Assembly: GCA_963824985.1 (NCBI GenBank)
Contig: CAWGRQ010000042.1
Location: 9,764 to 73,763 of the forward strand
Source: Terriglobia bacterium
GTDB taxonomy: Bacteria; Acidobacteriota; UBA6911
Direction of reading: 5' to 3'
DNA: 64,000 bases
Position 1 is the stretch's first letter. Every line of letters begins with the position of its first letter. Positions 19,779 through 27,728 of the stretch are shown piece by piece. Under the pieces are notes generated by a model, which worked only from the letters and a program-made list of their open reading frames with translations, had not been told where the DNA came from and did not search any database. The translations under genes and the position numbers were made by a program.

Positions 19779-20903
19779 ATGCGACTTTCCCATGCCATCC
19801 TGCTGGTGTTGGTTCTGGCTGCCCCCCTGCACGCGCAATCCGATCTCGCCTTCCCCCAGATAGCGGTCGGGGGGATTCCGGCCTACGAAACCGTACTCCA
19901 GATCACCAACGAAGTCGAAACCAGCAATCCGATCCTGATCCGCGTCTATCAGGGATGGCTGGCGGGCTCGGCCAATGGGACAGCGCTGCCGGTCCGGTTT
20001 GACGGCGGGGCTCCGACGGCAACGAGCAGCGTGACCCTGGCCCCGTTTCAGGAGTACACCACCATCCTGACCGGCACCGGCGCCGGCATGATGAACGGGT
20101 GGGTGCGGGTACAGTCCACGATCACGGGAGGAAAGATATCGGGAAATGTCATTTTCCGGCAACGCAGCGGAGCCGCGCTGGTCGATACGGTGGGGAGCAC
20201 GACTCCGCAGCGTTTCCGCCTGGCCATCGTTCAGCTGGACACCCGCGAAGCCGGCAGCGACGCGGGACTGGCTTTTGTCAACGCGGACAATTCCCCGATC
20301 GTGGTCACGCTGGATCTCTTCAAAGGACAGGATCCGGCGGCATCATCTCTGCCGGTCATGCTGCAGCCGAACCAGCATTATGCCAGGCTCCTGTCGGAGA
20401 TGTTCCCGACTTTCGGGAATCAGCAAGGCACGCTGGTGATCGAGGCCGCGCCCAACCGCGCCCTATCCTGCCTGGCCTTGCGCATCGACGGGGGCCACCT
20501 TACCAGCATTCCCGTGCGACCGCTCGGTTTCAGCTTCGCCTATTCCGTGACCAGCGACGCGGGCGCGACCCTGGAGACCGGATCCTGGATGTTCGATCTG
20601 GTCGGCTTCAACCTGATCGGCTCCGGAAAGATAGAATCCCCTGCGGCCGCTGAATTGTCCGAGGTCACGGGCAGCTGGGTCGGCACGAACTTTCAATTCC
20701 GTTATCGCAAGGGTTTTCAGGATGGAACCGTCGGGATGGTGGTGTTCAACGGCACCAGCGCGGGCCAGGAGTCTACGGTCGGCGCCGACGGCAAGGGCAA
20801 AGCGGTTACCGGCAAAGTGACCACGCTCTCCGCCGACGGCCGCATCCTATCGGTCAATAATTTCACCGCCTATCACAAATTCGGCGCCCCGCCGCCGCAG
20901 TGA
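19779..20903 (+). CDS. Secreted protein with an N-terminal FPQ-type beta-sandwich module
   Basis: Signal peptide MRLSHAILLVLVLAAPLHAQ, then LAFPQIAVGGIPAYETVLQITN. This module recurs at 35.8-36.5 kb and in the C-terminus of the FG-GAP protein. GGAGGAG before the ATG. Confidence 0.65.
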   Translation: MRLSHAILLVLVLAAPLHAQSDLAFPQIAVGGIPAYETVLQITNEVETSNPILIRVYQGWLAGSANGTALPVRFDGGAPTATSSVTLAPFQEYTTILTGTGAGMMNGWVRVQSTITGGKISGNVIFRQRSGAALVDTVGSTTPQRFRLAIVQLDTREAGSDAGLAFVNADNSPIVVTLDLFKGQDPAASSLPVMLQPNQHYARLLSEMFPTFGNQQGTLVIEAAPNRALSCLALRIDGGHLTSIPVRPLGFSFAYSVTSDAGATLETGSWMFDLVGFNLIGSGKIESPAAAELSEVTGSWVGTNFQFRYRKGFQDGTVGMVVFNGTSAGQESTVGADGKGKAVTGKVTTLSADGRILSVNNFTAYHKFGAPPPQ

Positions 20904-20927
20904 ATACCCTATTTCGGAGTTTTTGCT

Positions 20928-20974
20928 CATACTACCGTTGAATTTTCCGCCCGAATCGTGTCGCCGGATTCCGC
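20928..20974 (+). repeat. 47-nt dispersed repeat, copy 1
   Basis: catactaccgttgaattttccgcccgaatcgtgtcgccggattccgc versus 30495-30541 (41/47 identical, same orientation). Confidence 0.8.
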
Positions 20975-21143
20975 TTTTTGACAAACCTTCACCTTATTGC
21001 AGTGATCGAGCGGCATTAAGTGGAGAATCCCGTCGGAACGGGGACTGCGGGACGGAGACTGACGACGGCAACAGCTTGAAACGGGTAAACCGGATAAAAC
21101 CAACTTATCGAGCGACCGCTTGTCACCGTACTTGAGTAATACG

Positions 21144-21584
21144 TCATCTGATGGCAGCGATAATCGCTGCTGGAATGCGAGGATTCTGTATTTTGGGCAA
21201 CCTTTCCCGCAGAATTCCGCGAGCATACGCGGCAGCTGCCGCATCTTTCTTGCTCTTCGTGCCCGAGATCATCGCCTCAAAGGCCTCGTCCGTGCCGATT
21301 CTCTTCAATCCATCAGTTGCTTCAAGATCTTGCTCTTCGTAATAGAGGCCTTGAATGCAAGAAATACATGCAGGATCGGCAAAGAAGGTCATTACGTATG
21401 CTGTCTCGGTTGGGAAAAAACCACGTTTACGAGTATCCCGAGCCTGCCGCAACAATCCTTCACAACGGCGCATTAACTCCGGAGCGTTGCGAGGGAGAAT
21501 GTCGAAAGTGCGGAGCGCATCCTTTTTGGTATGGATAACCTTCCCCGAGAGCGTCGTGACATCTCTGCCGATCCCAATTTTCAC
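21144..21584 (-). CDS. Hypothetical protein (146 aa), no recognisable family
   Basis: ORF in a visibly lower-GC stretch. GTG start without a clear RBS, 30 nt downstream of the preceding gene. Confidence 0.4.
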   Translation of the reverse strand: MKIGIGRDVTTLSGKVIHTKKDALRTFDILPRNAPELMRRCEGLLRQARDTRKRGFFPTETAYVMTFFADPACISCIQGLYYEEQDLEATDGLKRIGTDEAFEAMISGTKSKKDAAAAAYARGILRERLPKIQNPRIPAAIIAAIR

Positions 21585-21614
21585 CTTGTAATGGCCTGAA
21601 TCCCCCGAACCATG

Positions 21615-22364
21615 CTAGTTGTTACTTGGGATATGCCGCAAATTCACCAGGCGGTTGCGGCCGAAGGGGTTGTACATGGGAGTGCCGGCCATTCTCGGGT
21701 CGCCGTCCTCTGCGCAGCAGCTGAACCACGGCCCGTTCACGTCGGCCGGAATATGGCCATCCCCTACCGGCTTGTCGTCCTGGACCAGATAGCGGATTAC
21801 CTCGACTATATCAAAGCCTTTCTCGACGTCTGCTCGCTTCAGCACGATGTCGCGCAAGCCCAACACGTGCATCCCGACCGTCCAGATGTCTGTGTTGCCT
21901 TGGACGATGCCGACAATCGCGAAACTCAAAGCGTCGGCGCCGCCATCTTCGGTCATCTTGATCCAAAGCTCGCCGCCATGAGCCAGCGCGCTGTTATCGA
22001 TGAATACACCCGCCCCGCCAGCCCGCACCATGGCCGCTCCGGCTTTCATGATCGTCCGCGCAGCTTCCATCGATCCTCCATTGCCGCTGAGCGTCACGTT
22101 AACCGTATAGTGGTCCGCCGTGGCCAGTTCTTCCTCGGTCGGCGGCCGCCGGCAGGCGGAACGGAAGATTCCGGGAAACCGGTCATCGGGCGGCAAGAAC
22201 CCCAAGTCGAACCGCGCACCATCCGGCAAGATCAGCGCCTCCGTCGTCACACGCCAGCCATCCGGCAATCGCTCGATCAGATCCCTCGGATGCGACCACC
22301 GGCCGGGAATCCGGAGGTCGACGATGATTGAATGGGCGTGTTCGTTCATCTGAAATTTTGGCAT
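21615..22364 (-). CDS. Hypothetical protein (249 aa); weak recollection of a DUF4261-like layout, unverified
   Basis: Long ORF with good coding appearance (GGAGVFIDNSALAHGGELW, VGMHVLGLRDIVL). No catalytic motif recognised. Confidence 0.5.
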   Translation of the reverse strand: MPKFQMNEHAHSIIVDLRIPGRWSHPRDLIERLPDGWRVTTEALILPDGARFDLGFLPPDDRFPGIFRSACRRPPTEEELATADHYTVNVTLSGNGGSMEAARTIMKAGAAMVRAGGAGVFIDNSALAHGGELWIKMTEDGGADALSFAIVGIVQGNTDIWTVGMHVLGLRDIVLKRADVEKGFDIVEVIRYLVQDDKPVGDGHIPADVNGPWFSCCAEDGDPRMAGTPMYNPFGRNRLVNLRHIPSNN

Positions 22365-22909
22365 GCGGATTCGTTTCCCTCTCCTGCGCTTCGGATTTCG
22401 GATTGGTTCAGTCTTTCAAATAGACCTCGCTGTCGCGGCGCAAACGCATGCCCCAGTCAACCGGCCGTTGGCAGGCCGACGGAAAGCACCGTCGCTTCTC
22501 CCTCGCCAGTGAGCCGGACGACACCGCGGCCATCTTCTTGAGCAGCTTGACCCGTAGACGTCGGTTTCCACATCTATATTGTTTCGCGAGGCGTGGATTG
22601 ATTTCAGGGAAAATTCGCGCAGGGGAAACGGATATCGATGGCAAAGGTGCTGCGAGCAGCGGGCTGCGGCCACCTGAAGCCAAATCAGGCTGCCAACTAC
22701 AGTGACTTTCGCAACGGCGAATGGCGAGTTGACAAAGACGTCGTCGCGAAGCGCCTCGGCGAGGGCGTCGTCTCTCGTCATCAGGAAAGCGATTACGAAC
22801 AGGACCGCGAAGAAGAGCCAGGTCTGGACGCGGCGCAGCGGGTAGCCGAGCTCGAAAACACAGTCTGCGTTAACAGGAAAGTGTTATTTTCATCCTCTAT
22901 GCGACGACT

Positions 22910-23392
22910 ATGGACACCCACGAATTCGAAAAGCTCTACAAGAATCAGTTCGATTGCGTTTATCGCTACTCGCTGGCGCTCACGGGGAATCCCGCCTCCG
23001 CTGAGGAAATCACTCAGGAAGCGTTCGCCCGGTTGCTGCGCAACGGGTTTCAGGCGAAAACGATCGACCGCCCGGAAGCATGGCTAATGCGGGTTGCCAG
23101 AAACCTGGCGATCGAGACCTTTCGGGAGCGCGCGAGGGACACTGGCGAGCATTCAGCAGCGAATTCCAAGACTCCCGAACAGCTGCTCCTGGGTAATGAG
23201 ATCCTGCGGCGGATCCTGCATTCTCTATCGAAACCTGCCGTATCCCAGCGGGAATGCATAGCCCTGCGCGAATTCGGCGGTCTCAGCTATCTGGAGATTG
23301 CCGGAATCCTGGACACGAACATCGACCAGGTAAGAGTTCATTTGTTCCGCGCACGCCAGCATCTCAAGCAGGAGTTGGAGGATCTAACATGA
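22910..23392 (+). CDS. ECF-type RNA polymerase sigma-70 family factor
   Basis: Region 2 (FDCVYRYSLALTGNPASAEEITQEAFARLL) and region 4 (ECIALREFGGLSYLEIAGILDTNIDQVRVHLFRARQHLK). Confidence 0.85.
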   Translation: MDTHEFEKLYKNQFDCVYRYSLALTGNPASAEEITQEAFARLLRNGFQAKTIDRPEAWLMRVARNLAIETFRERARDTGEHSAANSKTPEQLLLGNEILRRILHSLSKPAVSQRECIALREFGGLSYLEIAGILDTNIDQVRVHLFRARQHLKQELEDLT

Positions 23393-23450
23393 ATATGGAC
23401 TGCCCGCATCACTCGCAGCCAACTGCGGGCGCCCGGAGGCGGCGCAGAAC
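23389..23450 (+). pseudogene. 5' stub of the cognate anti-sigma factor gene
   Basis: ATGA start/stop overlap with the sigma gene (MNMDCPHH...). After about 17 codons the frame runs into the antisense of an unrelated gene remnant. Confidence 0.4.
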
Positions 23451-23453
23451 GAT

Positions 23454-24211
23454 TTATTCAACCTTGAACCTGCCAGTCAGGCCGAGATCCTCCAGGATCC
23501 GGCGTAGCTCAGTCTCCAGGGCCTGAGCTGTGCCTGTTTTGACCGTCACCGAGAAATCCACGCCGGTGTTCAGTTTGGCGCCAGATCGTAGCTTCGGCAG
23601 GATCTTCGTGCCCAGGCGATTCCAAAGTTCCGGCGGCAGCGTTCCAAGAATCCTTACGGTTCGCGTTTGCTTGATCACAGAAGGTGTGATTTCGGGCGGC
23701 GGTTCATCGGGAGATTTTGTTTGTTGCTCTACGACAGGGGGCGTTGGGGTTGGCATCACCGGAGCGTTACGGTCAGGCCCTGCTTCAGAGCCTCAGCCCG
23801 TCGCTTCTTCAAGAGCACAACGCCGGTCTCGAACGTCACCTCGTCCGGGGAAAGCAGCTCACAGTGCCAAACGCGCTCATAGCTCCCATCCGGCTTCGGT
23901 CCTGAACCGAGGCCAAAATCGCCCTTTGTGACCATCTCAGCGATCCTCCCGCGCAGGATCGAATCCGGGTCCAGGCGCCTCGTCAGCATCCCGTTCAGGA
24001 AGCTTTGCCGGAGGCTTGTCAGGGACCATGCTCCCGATTCCGCGAATGCCGTCGGCCATTTCGGCTCGATATAGGCCGCGCCTCCGGTTTGAGCAGCCGG
24101 GATGGAGATTCCCCCGGATTTCCGCCGTGGCCTCTTGGCTCTCCAGCACTCCCGCAAATTTTTCCCAAGGAAACAGGATTGACGGTTTATAATGCCCCTG
24201 CCATCCGTCAT
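23454..24211 (-). pseudogene. C-terminal remnant (about 250 aa, two frames) of a large protein; tentatively DUF499-type ATPase C-terminus
   Basis: FAESGAWSLTSLRQSFLNG...KGDFGLGSGPKPDGSYERVWH, then a Pro-rich linker, then LWNRLGTKILPKLRSGAKLNTGVDFSVTV...LEDLGLTGRFKVE. The two ORFs meet at a TGATG overlap in different frames. No N-terminal ATPase part is present. Confidence 0.35.
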
Positions 24212-24240
24212 TTCATGCTGATGTCATATCGGAGGGCCAA

Positions 24241-24369
24241 ATGCCCGGGATCGGCCGGAAGGTTTCAAACTACCAAATTATTGAGTAGCCGGGACAGGAA
24301 GGAATGGGCGAGATCTATCGTGCCCATGGCGCGAGACTGGATCGGGAAGTTCCCGTCAAGGTTCTACCC
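24241..24369 (+). pseudogene. 5' stub of a Ser/Thr protein kinase gene with an in-frame TAG
   Basis: GGAGGG RBS, then MPGIGRKVSNYQIIE*PGQEGMGEIYRAHGARLDREVPVKVLP. Compare the Hanks kinase N-terminus YxIxxxLGxGGMGxVYxAxDxxLxRxVAxKVL. Ends at the hairpin repeat. Confidence 0.6.
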
Positions 24370-24372
24370 TAA

Positions 24373-24417
24373 CCCCGGGCTCACGCCCGGGGCTATCCTC
24401 TTCCGGCCCTTCGGGCC
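24373..24417 (+). repeat. 45-nt double-hairpin element, copy 2
   Basis: ccccgggc-tcac-gcccgggg, 12-nt spacer, ggccc-ttc-gggcc. Confidence 0.8.
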
Positions 24418-24556
24418 TGGATTGGAGTTTCGCGACAGAAACCAGCTAATTCCAATGTGGCGACGTCCGACCGTTTTTGCGATGAAACTGGAAAAAGGTT
24501 GGTGTCCTCGTATTTCCCGGGGACCTCTCATTCCCCGCTGAAGGAGACGCAAGGCC

Positions 24557-27470
24557 ATGCCAAGAATCCGAACGCTCATCCTCATGGCCTTTTCGCTTGT
24601 GCTCACGCTGCAGGCGGCGCCCTTCCGTGCGGCACCCGAGGACAAGCGCCCGATCGAACTGGCGGACATCATGGCCTGGCGCCACGTGAATGCGTGGGCG
24701 CTGTCGGACGACGGCGTCTGGTTCGCGTATCACATCGGTCCAACCGAAGGAGACGGAGAGTTCGTCTTCCGGCAGACGCAGTCCGACAGGGAGTTCAGGT
24801 TCCCGGCCGGCGAGGTCGCCGGGAGGCCCGCCGCCCCGACGTTCTCGCGGGAGGCGAAGTTCGGCGCCTTCACAATTTACCCGACGCACGCCGAAGCCGC
24901 GCAGCTGAGACGACAGCGCCGTCCGCTCCAGAACAGGGTCGGCGTCGTAAACCTCGATACGGGGGACAAGGTTGAAGTGCCGAGGATTCGGAGGTTCGTT
25001 CTGGCGCCCGGCAACGGCGGCTGGATCGCGATGCACAAGTACGCCGATGCACCGGGTGGGGCCGCTCCCACGGCGGCGGCAAGGCCCCCGGCCCAGGGCA
25101 CCGACCTGCTGCTGCGCGAGCTGGCGACGGGTCAGCAGATCGTCATCGGGAATGTCTCAGATTTTGCCTTCGACAAGAACGGGCGGTTTCTCGCCTGGAC
25201 AGTCGGCACGGTGGACAAGGCCGGCAACGGACTGCAGGTGCGCGACATGGGCACCGGTGCAATCCGGTCGCTCGAATCGGACGACCGTGCGACGTATTCG
25301 CGAATGTCGTGGAGCGAGGACGGCGAGAGCCTGTCGCTGCTGAAAGCCCTCGAGGATCGAACGCCGGGCACGTTCCGATACTTCGTGATGGGCTTGACGG
25401 GATTCGGGGCCGCCACCCCGCAGAAGACCGTGTTCAATCCCGCGACCTCGCCCGACTTTCCTGCCGGCATGATGGTGAGCCCGAACCGGAATCCCACGTG
25501 GTCCGCCGACCGCTCGGCGCTCCTGTTCGGCATCCAGAGTTCGACCCGAGCCTCGCAGTTGCCTGCGGCGTCGCAGACGCGCGACCGCAGCGCGGGAGCG
25601 GATCCCAGGAGCGCCTCGGCGGCGCCCGCTGTCGGGGCCGACGACACGCCCGCAGAGGAGAAGGTCGATCTCGTGCTTTGGCATTGGCAGGACAAGCGGC
25701 TGCAATCGCAGCAACAGGTGCAGGAATCGACCGACCGGAACTTCAGCTACCTCGCCGAGTACCGGCCGGCCGACCGGAAGTTCATCCGCCTCGCCGACGA
25801 GCGCATGACCGACGTGGCGCCGGCACCCGGCAATCGATTCGCGATCGGACGCGACGACGATCCGTACGAGCTGATGGCCAATCTCGACGGCAAGCGTTTC
25901 CAGGACATCTACCTAGTCGATTTGGCCACTGGCAAGCGGACGCTCGCCCTCAGGAAATCGCGCTGGACCTACGGGCCCTCACCCACCGGCACACATTTTC
26001 TCTACTACGAAGACGGCAACTTCCACACGTATGACATGACGACGGGTCAGGCGACCAATATCACGAAAAACGTCCCGACTTCGTTCGTCGACGTCGAGGA
26101 CGATCATGCCGTCGTCAAGCCGCCGACGCAGTCGTTCGGGTGGTCCTCGGACGGGAAGGTTCGTTCTCCTCTCGGACGACTGGGACATCTGGCAAGTCCC
26201 GGTGGACGGGGGTACGGCGACAAACCTTACTCTGACCGGCAGGAAAGAGCAGATTCGATGCCGGCGGCCGCTCCTTCTCGACCCTGATCAGCGGGGCTTC
26301 GACCTGTCGAAACCGATCTATTTCGAGCTGTACGGCGAGTGGACGAAGAAGGGCGGCATCGGCCTCATCGAGCCCGGCACGCCCGGTGCAAGACGGCTTG
26401 TATGGGACGACGCCACCTACGCGGTGCCTGCGTTGATGAAGGCCAGAAAGGCGGACGTGTACATCCATTCGCGCCAGACCTCGACGGATCCTCCCGATTT
26501 CTACGTGACCGATGCGAAACTGACCGCCTCCAGGCGGATCACAAACCTGTCCGCGGGGACCGAACCCTTCCTCTGGTCGAGCGGGTCGATCCTCGTCGAC
26601 TATGTGAGCACGAAAGGGGACAAATTGCAGGGCGCCCTTTTCCTGCCCGCCAACTATGAAGAGGGCAGGTCTTACCCGACGGTCGTGAACATCTACGAGA
26701 AGATGTCGGCGAACCTGCATGCCTACACGCGACTCACGCAGCCGAACCCGACGAACCTCAACAAGGCGCTCTATACGAGTCGGGGATACGCCGTGTTCCT
26801 CCCGGACATCACATACAAGCTCGACGACCCGGGAATGTCGGCCGTTTGGTCGGTCGTGCCGGCCGTCAAGGCAGCGATCGCGACCGGCGTCGTCGATCCC
26901 CGACGCATTGGCATCATGGGGCACTCGTGGGGGGGCTACCAGACCGCGTTCCTCGTCACCCAGACGGATCTCTTCGCAGCCGCCGTGGCAAGCGCTCCGA
27001 TCACTGACTTCATCAGCATGTACTCGCTGATCTACAAGGCAACCGGAACCGCCAATAGCGTCGTTGCCGAGAGCACCCAGGGACGCTTCACCGCCTCCCC
27101 TTGGGAGAACCTGGAGCCGTACCTGCGCAACTCCCCGGTGCTCTTCGCGAAGAACGTGAAGACGCCGCTCCTGATGCTGCACAACGACAAGGACGGCGCC
27201 GTCGATTTCACACAGGGCGTCGAGTTCTACAACGCGCTCAGGCGGCTCCAGAAGCCCGTGGTGATGCTCGAGTACCCGGGCGAAACGCACGGCCTTGCAA
27301 AGCGCCCTAACGGAAAGGACTTCATGGCACGCGTGCAGGAGTTCTTCGATCACTACCTGCAGGGCAAGCCCATGCCGGACTGGTACAAGAACGGCGTGCC
27401 GTGGCTTGAGATGGAGGACCACCTGAAGTCGCGACAGGCGAAGAAGGCCACCGACCCGGCCGGACGATAA
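24557..27470 (+). CDS. Secreted S9 family peptidase (about 970 aa) interrupted by one frame change near 26160
   Basis: Signal peptide and propeller region are in ORF 24557-26287; the catalytic domain (GHSWGGYQTAF, GETHG) is in ORF 26106-27470 in another frame. The join ...FGWSSDGK/FVLLSDDWDIWQV implies a 1-nt insertion at gggaaggttcg. Confidence 0.8.
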
Positions 27471-27728
27471 GCGGTCGAGAACCGCGTCCGCCGTCCGCTT
27501 GCTCCATTGACTGACGGAGTGCCGCGGATCCGGCTTCCTCTTATCCCCAGGTTCAGCGCGCCTCGTCGTTATCGTTTGTGAACAATCCGGATTAGGCATG
27601 CGCAGTGTAGCGCGCGGAATCTGGGAACGACCGGCTTCCAATCTTCTATCCCGCATGATCGTTTTTGGTTATGATTGCATCCATAAGAGAGAAAGATCTT
27701 ATCTGCAGCAGGCTGGAGGAACATCCAG

